Source of the DNA: the human T2T-CHM13v2.0 reference genome, Homo sapiens
DNA length: 64,000 nt
Assembly: GCF_009914755.1 (NCBI RefSeq)
Contig: NC_060942.1
Strand: one strand, 5' to 3'
Numbering within the stretch: position 1 is the first letter of the stretch; each line of letters opens with the position of its first letter. A program made the translations under genes and the position numbers. Positions 44,742-58,129 of the stretch are shown one piece after another. The notes beneath the pieces were generated by a model. The model made no database searches and was not told the DNA's origin. It saw only the letters and a list, made by a program, of their open reading frames with translations.

Positions 44742-46119
44742 GCTTGTAAGAAGGCCTTCATAAGATTGAGAGAACTTCTACATCTGTAGTGTCCTTTAGG
44801 TTTAAAGGCCACCAGCTTTGGTGGAGTCTGGAAGTAAAAGGGGCTCTGCAGCACTTCTCGACTATAGAATCAAAGGTATTCTTTTGGTGATATTCAGAGT
44901 ACAGAGAAAGCACTAGTAGGATAATCACATTGTAGGCCATTAAGTTTCTACACCAAGTATATGCCATTTGCAACAGGGAATTATACGATTTTCAGGAAAT
45001 ATTAGGCAAGAAATAAATTATTTGACCATGTATCATAATGTGATTATAGGACAAGAAATGCCCATTGATTAGGGCTCTGTAGATCCACCAAGTAATAAGA
45101 TTGGGCATTATCAACAATCCGTTTTAAAATACAAGTAGTACCTCCAGAGTGAGGCATAAGCAAGACTGGGAGTCACAAGTAAGCTGCATTAGCAGGTGTC
45201 CCAGACTTCCACAGCATCCACCACAGTTGCACCTTGCACCAATGCCTCTTCCACAGACCACACCTGTGATGGGACTGCCTGACTTGATATGACCAATTCA
45301 CAGGGGAGAAAAAAGGTGAAGTTTGTTTTATAGGTTAATGGGCTCAGTAGGTGGATACAAATAAAAAATGGACCATAACAGCAATATATCCTTTCTCAGT
45401 GGTTGCCATAACAGACAGTGGTGAGAGGAATTCCTTCCAATAGGCAGAGGTTTGTGTGTTGCACCTGACCATTCACCATATATGGAGAGACAGGTGGCCT
45501 GAGGTAAGAATAGACTTTTGGATGTGGGCAGGTGACAAATGGCTAGTTGAAGGTCTCAATGTAAGAAGGTCTCAATGTGCAAATATCTTTCTAAAATATT
45601 TTCATGCCAATCAAAGAACTTTTATTCTAGAAAAGGCACTACACAACCAAACACACAGAGTAGTTACTTGATGTCAGCCATGTTTGGTTATTGGCCATCC
45701 TAATGCATCTGGAAGTTAAGGGAGAATCAGAACCAGATATAACAAATTAGGATTTGTCAGTCCTTTCAATCTATCTGTTATATATCATATCTTAGTTTCA
45801 TCACTTTCCTTAGTTCGACATTCCTTTGGATGAAACAAAATTGTCTGTGTACTTTGATTCCATCTCCTCAATAATTATTTTCCACTCTAGTTCTTACAAC
45901 AATCATTACAAAAAAATAGGCAAGATCTACCCAAGATGGGAAGGCTGGAGAAGTTACAAATGATAAGGAATTTGATAAAGTTCTTATAATTACGTTTCCC
46001 CACTCTCCTACTGGGATCACTGTGTATGTTCTTGCAACCATTGCCATACTTTTGTTTGGGAGAATACAGTCTACCGAACATTCATTTTGTTCTCCAGAAT
46101 GTAGGATTGAATAAGTAAT

Positions 46120-46345
46120 TATGGCACAGGCAATATATACAGAAATTAAGAACACAGGATTTAGGGTCAAAAAATATTTTTGAAATTAGTTACATCCTAT
46201 ATTAGCTGTGAACATGGACAAATTAGTTAGCCTTCTTGAATCTAAGTTTACTCATTTGTAAAATGGTTTAAATAAGGTAATTTAAAGGAAATGTTAATAC
46301 AGACTCCTGCACATTTACATTCAATAAATGCTACTTAATAATATT
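46120..46345 (+). mobile_element. MIR
   Basis: ttagctgtgaacatggacaaattagttagccttcttgaatctaagtttactcatttgtaaaatgg. Confidence 0.75.
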
Positions 46346-46949
46346 AACATTTTCTGTGCTAAAATTAAAATAGTAGCAGTTAAAATAGAATGTGGTCAGG
46401 ATTAAATGAGATAAATATACTATTTCACATTGAATGCACTAAAATATTGTTATTCTTAAAAACTATTATCTGGTTAGATTATTGAAAGATGAGTCTCACA
46501 TTATGGTTACACTTTGTGTTTTCTCAGTATTTACGTACACACATTTCTTATGTCTCTGTACAAAAAAATAATATTTTTAACTATACAAAAAGTAAAGTAT
46601 TGTGAAACATATTAATTCAACCTCAGACTGACTGGGATTTTGTGATAACCCTGACAATGCTATGTTGAAATATACTTCTTAATCATAGAACAAAAGTGTT
46701 TACTGGGAAAATGGATAATGTAAATACTACTGAAAAAAAGAAAGTTTAAGGTGCTTAAGAGAACAAATCTTTACAGTTCTTTAATTATTCCTACTGATAG
46801 AAATAATATTGAGAAATTACAATGTATAGGCACTGTATTTTTTAGTTTTTATTTTATCAAAGCTATGCATGCTTCTAGTTTTTGTTTTTTAATTATGATA
46901 AACATGAAGAGTTGAATCAAATTCATTGTAAAAATCAGTTTCCTGACCT

Positions 46950-47540
46950 CACCTCTATCCCCACCTTGCTTGTTACCCAGAGAAAACTCCCTTTGCCTCT
47001 TTTAATGGATTTATTTGCTACTTTTCTATACATCTCTAAATGGCATACTGAAATCCTTACTTTATAATTGTTTAGAAAGAGGAGAATTTAGCAGTCTTTC
47101 TTAGCCTACCACATCCTTAAATATATACACTCTTTGTATCTCCCCATTGTTCAGAAATGGTTATATCATAATTTAGGTTAGATCTACACACATTAAAAAT
47201 TTTTTTGTTTTCTCTGGTTAGTAATTTTCAAGTTTCTTTTCTGTTTGTTAGTTTTCTATTAGTTCTTACTAATTTATTTTATGCTTTTTTGTTGAAATTT
47301 ATTTCAATGCATTAAAATACTTTAAGTATTTTCTCTGTGTCATCTTGAAGCAGTATTTCCAGGTGTCTTCTAGCTTGTTTTAATCTGGGTTGAGTGAACT
47401 CTAGAACTGCTGCCCAGCTGTCTTTTGAGATTTTTCTTTATTGTCATCCAGAAAACTCCCTTTGCTTCTCTTTGGGTCAGAATCTACATTTCTATAATGC
47501 CATATTTTCTTTCTTTGATTTACGTGATTGTTTTGGCAAG
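46950..47540 (-). mobile_element. HAL1-like ancient LINE fragment
   Basis: ctgctgcccagctgtc...gtcatccagaaaactccctttgcttctct resembles reverse HAL1; approximate bounds. Confidence 0.5.
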
Positions 47541-47545
47541 GCATA

Positions 47546-47826
47546 TGTACTAGGCCATTCATGCTTTGCTATAAAGAAATACATGAGGCTGGGTAATTTA
47601 TTTAAAAAAAGAGGCTTAATTGGCTTATGGTTCTGCAGTTCTGCAGGCTGTACAGAAAGCATAGCATAGGCTTTTGCGTATGGGGAGGCCTCAAAAAGCT
47701 TACAATCATGGCAGAAGGCAAATGGGGAGCAGGCATCTCACATGGTGGGAGCAGGAGCAAAAGAGAGAGTTGGAATGGGGGCAGTGCCACACTTTACAAC
47801 AACCAGTTCTCCCAAGAACACGCTCA
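47546..47826 (-). mobile_element. MSTA-like LTR, 5' part missing
   Basis: tgtactaggccattcatgctttgctataaagaaatacatgaggctgggtaattta...gcttacaatcatggcagaaggcaaa. Confidence 0.9.
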
Positions 47827-47829
47827 ATA

Positions 47830-47946
47830 CTCAGCTACGCAGGAGGCTGAGGCAGCAGAATTGCTTGAACCTAGGGGGCAGAGGTTGCAGTGAGCCGAGA
47901 TCTTGCCACTGCACTCCAGCCTAGGCAACAGAGCAAGACCCCTCTC

Positions 47947-47975
<29 letters not shown>
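47830..47975 (+). mobile_element. Alu right-arm fragment with A29 tail
   Basis: cagctacgcaggaggctgaggcagcagaattgcttgaacc...gcaagacccctctc(A)29. Confidence 0.93.
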
Positions 47976-47977
<2 letters not shown>

Positions 47978-48768
47978 AGTAGCATGGGCAAGAAGCAGTT
48001 TCAAGAATTAGAGTATGGATTCTCTCCTAAGGCCACAAATAGCTAGAGGCTCCCTTTTATTTTGCCTCTTAAACCCTGCTAGCAGGTATAAGCAGGGATT
48101 CAGATCACCTCAAAAGTCAAGCCTGTTTTAGAAAATCTCTTCACTTTGTTCCATATGTGAGTTATCCTATGATGTTGTTATACCCTGCTCAGATTTCTTA
48201 ATCTCTGTTCCTCATCATTGGATGTCAGATTTTAAATATTGTTTTTAAGGGGGCCAAAAACTAAAAATCTGATGAAAGTAATAAACTATCTCCTAAAAAA
48301 ACCCCCTCATATAAGAATTCCTGATTATATATTTTAGGGAATTCACAGACCCTTTGAGTCCAATCTAAGAGTCCCAGAAGATTATAAACTCTTCTACTTT
48401 AATAAGAGTAGAAAAATATTCTGTAAAGCTCCCCCTCCAAATTTTTACTTTTTTTGTGTATAAGAACTAGAAAGACTAACATTTTTTCCCAGGACTTTTA
48501 AAATATGCTTTTGAAAAAGATCCTTTGAAGCTACTGTAGGCAAAAGTTATTTTAAGTCACTGTTACCATGTTTTTTTCTTTCTGTTCTAACGAACAAGTG
48601 AACTTCTAAAAATTTCAGCTTATAATACAGACTATGAGAAGAAACATAGATATATAGCTGTGTGAAGGCTTATCCTTTTTCTCTGGAATTTCCAGGGTGT
48701 TCTCCATTGATTAAGCAGAATGAGTTCAACATCCACCGATTTTCCTCCTGATGCCTTCATAAATGTGT

Positions 48769-49308
48769 TGTGATGGATAATTTTACGCATCAGCTTCACT
48801 GGGTGCCCAAGTATTTGATCCAACATTATTCTGGATGTTTCTGTGAAGATGCTTTTGGATAAGATTAATATTTAAATCAATAGACTGAGTAAAGCAGGTT
48901 TTCCTCCTTAATGGCAATAAGCTTCATCTAATCCATTGAAGACTCAAACGGAAAAAAAGTTCTATACCCTCCCCTAAGTATGAGAAAATTCTCCCCGTCT
49001 GGCTCCCTTGACCTGGGACATTGGCTTTTTTTGTGTGTCTTCACATACAAACAGAAACATTGGTTTTCCTTGGTCTTGGGCCTGCTGGTCTTCACACTAG
49101 CTGCTTTCCTTCATTCTCAGGCCTTCAGACTCAGACTGAAACGACACCGTGAGCTCTCCTGGGTCTCCAGTTTGCCATCTCACCCTACAGATCTTGGAAC
49201 TTGTCAGACTCCATAATCGTATGGGCCAATTACTTATAATACATTTCTATCTATTTGTCTATCTATCTCCCATTGATACTGTTTCTCTGGAGAACCCTAA
49301 CAAATACA
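48769..49308 (+). mobile_element. MLT2 (MLT2B/C/D group) solo LTR
   Basis: tgtgatggataattttacgcatcagctt...ctgtttctctggagaaccctaacaaataca; TSD tgtgt/tatgt. Confidence 0.88.
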
Positions 49309-52300
49309 TATGTGTTAGAGAAGAAGACTTTTAAAGAAAGAGATGAAAAATTGTTTAAAATATAAAGATGAAGTACATTTTCCTTTTTAAAATAAAGATG
49401 TCTAGTCCATGATACAAGCTCTAGAGATGAGCCCAGAATGCTCCGTAAAGCAGAGTTCTGTAGATCCTCATGATACATTTGTTGTCTCCAGAATCAACCA
49501 CTTCACTGGACTCTAACTAGCAAAATGTTTAATGTATCTACATGTCAAATCAGTGTCCTGGCTTTTCTTGCCATATGAAGTCTTCTTTATTTTAAACTTG
49601 AATGAGAAGAAATAATTTTTTTCCTCCATAATATCAAAGTGATTTTGTAAGTTTATGGAAATAAAAGAGATGTACTTTAAATACATAATTGTTTAAATTT
49701 TCTGTTTTAGTTTTTGCAATATGATCAATCAGTAAACAAGGAATAGTAAATCGGAAGAGGCTAGGTCCAAATTCCAGTTCTTTCTCCTGTTAGTTGCATG
49801 CGAATAGTTAAATCACATATCCTAACTGGATTTCTATTTTTTTTTTGTTAAATATAGAAAAAAAATCTTACATGTTTTCCCTTATGAGGTCCTTATGAAG
49901 ATTAAATGAAATAATATACGAAAATATAGGTACTACATTAGAAGAACTAGTATGAATAAATATTAATACTAAGAAAGAAAAGAAAAAGAAGAAATGAAAT
50001 ATAATATTAACGAACAGAGAAAAAACAGTTTTGCCAGCACAGATGAAAATGAATATCATTCATCTCAAAGCCCTAATGCAGTATTTTATTTTTTATATGC
50101 ATCTATGCATACCTGTAGCAGACTTAATATTTGTGACTATAAGCATGTAGGTAGCTCTGTTATAGGTGTAAACAAGCTGATTGGAACTGCCCACTTCCTT
50201 TCTTTGAGCTTTGCTCAAATGCTTTCAGAATGAAGAGGATACTGATTAATTTCCCAAACCTCCTATAGGACTAAACAGCAATGGGATTATCTCAAAAAGC
50301 CTGAAAAGGACACAGTAAGATCATAAACTGTTAGAGCTAGAAGAGATTATCCAGTAACAATCCTTCCATACTCCCATTTTGCAAACTCCCCATATGCACA
50401 GATAAATTTCGAATAATCTGCCCAGATTCATTTGGGTAATCTGTGGGAGAGCAAGCATTCCAAGATGGCCTTTCAGCCTTCTCTCATTTCCTATTCTTTT
50501 CCCTCACCGTCACACTATACTACACTGATGTTGGTTTTCATGATTTTAGGGGGGGCTTCAAGACTTCCTGGCTTTCGTATCCTTGAATTCCTTTCAGCAC
50601 ACCTGGCTTTGCACATGAAGGATTGATTTGATCTGGAATTTACTTAACAACTGTGTAGAGAGAGAGCACCACCAAAAACTGTTTTTGCCCCTTAGACAGA
50701 TGTGATGGCTAAACTGTTTCGGCACCTTGAGAGAAGTGATGGTTGCAAGTTGGCGGATGATGTGTAGAGCTATAAATTACTTCTAGTTTTGGAGAAGAGT
50801 CATATTCTTGGGAAAGTCACTTTCCAGGTTCATGTTAGGGTATTAAGGAAATGTTCTTTTATAAATAAGTATCTGGTTCCTCTCTTTTCACAGGGGGAGA
50901 ATAACTGTCTTTCTCTAAGGGTCAAAGCATCTAATTGCAAACAAAGTTTTTATGGGTGGTGTGGAAAGTGAGTGTCCCCACGTGTCACTGAATCACACAC
51001 TAACAACCTTAAGAAAAACAATGTAAGTACTTCCCTGACTCTAATTTAACTTTTAGACTCCCCTCTGAAGGCTTAGAAAATGACAGTCATAAAATGAACA
51101 TACATGGGCCTTCTTCGTCAAACATTTTTGAGAGGAAGACCATTGAAACGAGTTCTGGGTGAAAGTGGGGAGTTTATTTCCAGGGTCCTAACATTTCCTC
51201 TTTCTATGCTATTTTGCCTAATTTAACTATTTCTCTGAAATCTTGGGGTTCCTATGCTTCCTTAGGCATTCTTTAAAGTGCAGGAAAAGGCTATTTCACT
51301 TCCCAAAGTGTTTAGGAATTCCCACTATTGCTCTGTTAGGACTGTTTTCATTTTAAGCAGGTTCCAGAAAGATAGCATTGTTTTCTTTAAAGGGATAGCT
51401 CTTTACTGATGGTATTTCCAATGGTTCTGTCTGCACCTGTGGGAGTTGTATTGTTGTAAGGGTTTAAATTATGATAAAGGAGCAAGAAAATATTTTACTA
51501 ACCTGGAGTCCTGTATCACTCTTTTGCCATACTGTCACATTGAAAGGCGCATAGTGCAGAGGAAAGTAGTACATTCCCTGGATAGCTTACAATTTTCTAA
51601 AACTTTGACTATCAGTTGATTCTTACTAGACTTTTGTAATAATGCTACATTCAAACCTACAGTACCTATGATTATCACCATTAATAACACACACGTATAA
51701 AGAATTTGGAACATTTGTAAAAGAAAGCCTAAGAAATAGCCCATTCTTCTTTATCTTTGCAATTATTGGGCTAATGCCTTAAACTGTAAGTTCAGGTACC
51801 CAAACTTCTTCTGGGTTTGCCCTAGTTGTTATTACTCTTCTTTTGGTTGGTTCCTGTGCCTGCACTATTTTTTGGATTCTTTCTTCAATGAGAAATATCT
51901 GAGATCTGAGTTTTTCTTCCTCATTCTGTGATTCAACACCCTCTTCTATTTATTTTGAACTACTCAAAATCCCAGTTAGCATCAGCTGGCAAGCAGCTCA
52001 CGATTGTCCTTGAAGTTCATTTACCCAGTCAAGTATTCTGGTGTCCTGAGATTAATTTGGCTTGCTTAGTGGAAGATATTAAATCCTGCTTATATACCAT
52101 ACTTGAAGATTTTGTTTCCTAAGTCTCCACAACTTCTTTTACCTACCTTTGACATGCCTGTCATCAAAATAGCAATGTTTCTCCCGTGTTCATTGTACTC
52201 TCTGGTAGCATTTCCTATACTAGAAGCCTCTCAATAGATATTAGACAGGAATTATGGATTCATTGCTGACTTTGTAATCATCTTCAAACAATTACTCCTA

Positions 52301-54133
52301 AATTGTCATGCATTACAGTACTAAGATAAAAGCTGTGGTGTAAGCTTAGAAGAAAAATTGCAAATAAGAACAACCTTGTTTCCCATTGCAGTATGTAAGC
52401 CCTCCCCATTAAAAGAGACACTGAGCTATATTTTACTAGAGCCAAATGTATTTCCTGCTTACACCTTGAAGGGATATTAGATAACTAGAGCAATATATTT
52501 AATTGTTTTGTATTCTGAAAATCCTGGTATTTCTTCTTTCTTGATATTGTCATATCTAACAGTTTCATTCCACTTCCTTTGAAGCTATCTTAGCTTACTG
52601 CCTCATGACCTCAGACTTCATAAAGCCCCTCAATACTTATTTTTCTGTGTTGAATCCCTCTAGTCTAAGCTACAGGCTTTCCTTCCAACGTGCTTACTAT
52701 CCTAAAGCACAGATTGTTTATCTAAGTTTCCAGGACTCTGAAATGGCTTCCAATTGCCTAGGAAAGGATGTGTGCATTTTTGAGTTCAGTGCCACTCACA
52801 AGTGCTTTTGTCTCTTCCCTTTCTCAAGCTGCTCCTCCATGTGAATCCCCTGTACCAGGCAGGTTGAGCAGTTCACGTTTCCCTAAAAAAAAAAAAAAAT
52901 CCTGGTGGATTTTAACTACTGTATGTAACTCATATCCACATCAATTCTGTCTGCCTAGAACATTCTACTTTTTTTTCTACTTAGAGCTAATGCATCATCC
53001 ATATCTTAACTTAAATTTTCAATGTTTAGTTTTTCTGTGAGTCCTTCCTTAGCAGTCTAAAAGAATGTCCCTCCTCTTAACTTCAGCCACATTTATTACT
53101 TGCGTTAATCATGTTGGCACAACTTAACCATTAGTGATTCTAGTTATTTTTTCATATGCATCTCTTGTTTACTCAGCTGCATGGTAAGTCCCACAAGGCA
53201 GTCAGAGTAAGCTCCCTGTAAGACATATTCGATTACATTTTTCTCTTGTCTAAAACTCTCCAACAGCTCCTCGTTGTGGCTAGGAAAAAGCCCAAGTGCA
53301 GGCTTCTCACAATCTGACTACCTCTCTAGCTTAATCTATTCTCATGTTTACTTTTTCTCCTTCTTCGAATTTTAAGCCAGGATAACTACTTTACTGCCTT
53401 TACATGCTTTTCTTCATTTCCACAAACAATCAGCCATCAAATCATGACATTTCTACCTGCCATTTCCATATTAAGAATCTACCTATTTGTCCCCTTTCCT
53501 ATTGCCAGTAATCTAGTATATAGCAAAAGTCACTATCTTCTGAAATAGTGAATTATTCTCCTTTCATGTTGATTAATTTTCTAAAAGGGAGTGCTGAGTT
53601 TGAAGTGGTTTTGAGTTGTCCAAATAGATATTCAGAGTATTAATTTTGATATGCATATTCTGGATTAAAGAATATAAAATTGGAGTTATTATCAAATTGT
53701 TACTCATAGGAATAGATGAGAGGAACAAGGAAGAGAGCATAGAGGGAGTCAAGAAGAGGGTACAAGTCAGCACACCAAAGATACCTAACATTTAATAAAT
53801 GGAATCTAAAAAGAAGCTGCTAGAGAAAGAAAAAAACAACCCAGTGTGGTAGCATGAGAATCAACAGAAGAAAGTAATATAAAAGTAGGCTTTGCAATGC
53901 CAAACCATGAAAACAGATCCAATGTAGATAAGGACTGAGATGCAATGTATTTCAACATTGATTGAGAGGAACAGGTCAACTTTACTGTGCATTTACTATG
54001 TGCCAAACACTTGACTTATAATAATTTATTTAAATATCCTAATCTAGTGAGATGATAGGTTTTTGCCTATGAAGAGTTATGGAGTAAAGTGAGAAGCTCT
54101 AGATTTGAGCAAGTTTTAATGCTAACTGGTAGG

Positions 54134-56581
54134 TGCTAAGGTTCGAACGTTTGTCTCCTCCTAAAAGTTATATGTTGAAACTTAATTACCAATGAGATAA
54201 TATTAAAAGGTGAGGCCATTGGTAGGTGACTAGATCATCATGCAAAGCCCACATGAATGGGAACAATGCCTTATAAAAGAGGACCCAGAGAGTTGCCTTG
54301 CTCTTTCTATCATGTGAGGACACAGTAAGAAGATACCATCCTACAAATCAAAAGTTGGCCCTTAAAAGACCCCAAATCTGCCAGCACCTTGATCTTGGAC
54401 TTCCTAGCTATGAGACCTGTGACAAATACATTTCTGTTGCTTATAGGCTCCCCAGTTTATGATATTTTGTTATGGCAGCTCAAACACATTAAGAAAAAAA
54501 TGATATCAAAGATTGGAGTGCTGCTATACAAATACCTAAAATGTAGAAGTGGTTTTGGAACTGTGTAATAGATGTTGGAAGAGTTGCTAGAAAAATTCTA
54601 CATTTTCATGAATTGACCATAAAAGATGAATATGTGAGGGCTCAGAAGAAGGAAAGAACTGTAGAGAATGCCTCTATTTTCTTAGAGAATATTTATTGGT
54701 CATAAACAATGTTTGCAGCGATAAGGGTAGTGAAAGTCATTCTAATGAGGTCTCAGATGAAATGAGAAACATGTTAATGAAAAGTAGAGGAAAGCTGGTC
54801 AATGTTATAAAGTGGCAAGTAACTTGGCTGAATTCTGTTTATGTCCTAATATTCTGTGGAAGATAGAAATTATGAGCAATAAAATAGATATTTGTCTGAA
54901 GACATTTCTAAGCAAAGTGGTGAAGGTGCAGCATGCCTTCTTTTGAATGTTTGTAGTAAGATGCAAGAAGCTGGAAACAATTTTAAAATGGAATTTTTTT
55001 TTTTTTTTTTTTATCAGAAGGGAAGTAGACCTTAAAGATGTAGAAATATCTCAGCCTGTTCCTATTGTAAAAAGTGAGAATGCTTGTTTGGGAGAGTGCA
55101 CCAAGGGTGTGGCCAAGAGACAATTGAATAAGGAAATTCATAGAGATTAGCCACATGTTATTCATCAAGACCAACAGAAGAATAACCTAGAAGGCATTTC
55201 TGAGGTCATCAGTGATGCTCTTGCCATCACAGGCCCAGACTGAAAAGGCCTTGGGGCAAAACAATTTTAAATGGAGGCACCTGCATGACATCAGTGCTCT
55301 TCACCCAGTCACACCTCAAGGCTCTGTTCCCTGCATTCCAGTGCAATGCTCCTTAGCTGCCCTAGGTTTTACTCCAGCAGGCCCAGGTGAAGCATATGTT
55401 GTGATGGTGACCCTTCTATAGGACACAGGTAAGAAACCATGGCAGCATCCATGTGGTGCCATTTCTGCTGGCTTGCAGTATGCACAAGTCTTTGGGGCAT
55501 GGCTGTCTCCACCAAGATAGAATCTGAAGGATGGAGCCATCCAGATCCTGTGTATGAGACCCAGACACAGAATTGTTACAAAGGCATGCCCAATGGAGGA
55601 AGCCCCCGTTAGAGCAATGCCTAATGGAGCCATGGTGGTGGGGCCTTTTCCTCTTACTTTCCAATCTTAGTTTGCTACAGCCACCACCAGCTTTCAATTT
55701 CAGTTTGTGCAAACTGCAAGCACCCAACTACAACCAATGTGGTGTGGGCTGTGTCCACCAAAACTGTAGGGCCAGGGTCATCTGGAGTCTAGGGTGGCCA
55801 TCCCCTATCTAGAAAAGCTGCAGAAGAGGCTTGGCTTCTGCCTCAGTGGGCTCGGGGGGCAGAACCTCAAGTCGAGGATTATTCTCAAGCCATAAGGTTT
55901 TGAACTTACTCTAGACCTGTTACTCTTTTTATGTTTCCTCTTGCTCCCTTTTGGAATGGGAATGTATATTCTATGCCTGTCCCATCCTTGTACTTTTGAA
56001 GCTCATAACATGTTTAATTTTACTGGCTCGCAGTTGGAGAGTAATTTGCCTTCATATAAATTAATTCTTTCAATATCATCCGTATCTGATTTTGATTATA
56101 CTTAGGGAAGACTCTGGACTTAAACTTTAAAGTTGATGCTGAAATGAGTTAAAACTTTGGGGCTATCAGGAGAGAATGAGTGCATTTTGCTTACGAGAAT
56201 GACTACATTTTGGGAGGACAGCAGTGGACTATTATGGTCTGAAGGTGCTGTTCCCTCAAAATATGGCATATGTTGAAACTTATTCACCAATGTGATCCTA
56301 TTAAGAGGTGGTAACCTTTGAAAGGTAATAAGATCATGAGGGCTGAGTTCTCATGAATGGGATTAATGCCCTTATAAAAGAGGTTCAAGAGAACTGTCTT
56401 GCTCCTTCCATCATGTGAGGACACAGTGAGAAGTCACCAACTGTGAACTAGAAAATGAGCCTATACCAGACACCAACATTACTGATGCCTTGATTTTGGA
56501 CCTCCCAAGCTCCAGAACTATGAGAAATAATAGCCACCTATGGATAGTATTTTCTTATAGCCATACAAATAAACTAAGACA
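54134..56581 (+). mobile_element. Two-LTR MLT1A0 MaLR provirus (5' LTR about 54134-54496, internal about 54497-56229, 3' LTR 56230-56581)
   Basis: Two homologous LTRs (atgttgaaactta...cttataaaagagg...atgtgaggacacag...cttgat.ttggac...ctaagaca); MaLR internal landmarks; perfect 5-bp TSD gtagg at 54129-54133 and 56582-56586. Confidence 0.93.
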
Positions 56582-58129
56582 GTAGGTCTTGTAGAGAATC
56601 AGGGGTTGCAGGCTAGACAGATGGCACAGAGAGTGATTTTAGCTAAGAAGGCAAAAGACAATGGATGCACAGCCCAAGGGGACCAATGAGGCTAAAATAA
56701 TAGAAAGAGGACCAAAATACCTTCCATTTTCACCTGAGCAGTGACTAGATGAATGCATGGGGCTGAGTGGAAATTGAAAAATAGAGGGGAAAATGTCATT
56801 TCTTTCTAATGGCTTCGTTGAAATGTAGGGGGTAAGCTCATTTGTTAAGAGCCAAATAGAATCTGGCAAACTCAGATGTGAGAGGTGAAGAGATCACTGA
56901 ATTTGGAATCTGAAGATCTGAATTCAGATTTTTTTTATCTCTGATGACTTTCTGACAGTATCTGAGCTGTCCTCTTTTATTTACTTAACCAGGTTCATAT
57001 CTCCCAATTTTGGTGTTGTCATGGCAATGCCTAATGCAGAGCCTGCCACATAGTAGGCATTCCAAAAAATTATAGTTAAATCTGAATCTGCATTGCCCTG
57101 CACCTCACCCTTTTAGCTTATTGAATTAGAAGTCAGTAATGAGCTGTTTCAAAGCTTTCTGCCAACAGTCATTGTAAGGATAAAAAGAAAAAAAAAAAAA
57201 AAGAAAAACCTTCAGTAAGTAGACAGTGCTATTCTCTGTAGAGAGGAAGGGCGCTCTGACTTAGCACCCACCATGCCCGGGGCCATTAATGAATCCTGGC
57301 TTCTTTTTCTCATCATTGCAGCAATTCAAAAGGAGAAAGTTCTTCTTGGCAAGGAAGTGCTATTTTCAGAGACAAGATTAGGCTCATTTTGGGCAGGAGC
57401 CGTACTTCTTCAGTACCGGCACCTCTGAAGATTAGGTTAAAAGGTAAGAAGGAATGACTCAGAATAATTGCATTGCTTTACTGTGAACTTTAAGATCTTT
57501 TAGTGGAGGAGTTTTACAAGCAGTGATAGATAGTCATGAAGAGAGGAAAAGCACAAACCCAGGGGAAAAGAGCTGTGATGCCTGACTGAATTTCTACAGA
57601 AAGAAGCTTGGCCAGCTTTGTTATGTTTTTCTATCTCCCCCAATTCCACAGGAATATTTTGAATATACCCTCATCTCCCAGCTTCTGACAACTGATTTTT
57701 CCCCATCCACCTTCACTTTGTGATCGCATATTTTTCTATAAAGCAGATTTTAGAAATTTTATTTTGAGACCAGGTGCATGAAGGTAAAGCTATCTATACA
57801 CATGTTATATTCAATTGTTATTTTATAATTGGGGAAAATACACTCCATAGTGATATCTCTGAGTCAAACCTAAATGTCCTACCTCTCAACACTAATCATT
57901 CAAACTATTGAAAAACATGTGTGAATCCATTGAGTTTTTAGCTCAATGCTTAGCTGTTAAAAGAATGCAGAAGAAATAAAATTAGGCAGTTCCTGGACTT
58001 ATGAGATAGGGTTTAATTGTGCACTTGATGATAAGGAATAATATAAAATTGTAGATATTTAAGCACTGTTTGTATTTATTATTCCCTTACTTGTATTCTC
58101 CTCCTGCATCCATTCTCCTAGGTCCCACA

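Noticed and set aside
54947-55812. Cluster of overlapping short ORFs
   Set aside because: Decayed MaLR internal sequence with stops and frameshifts
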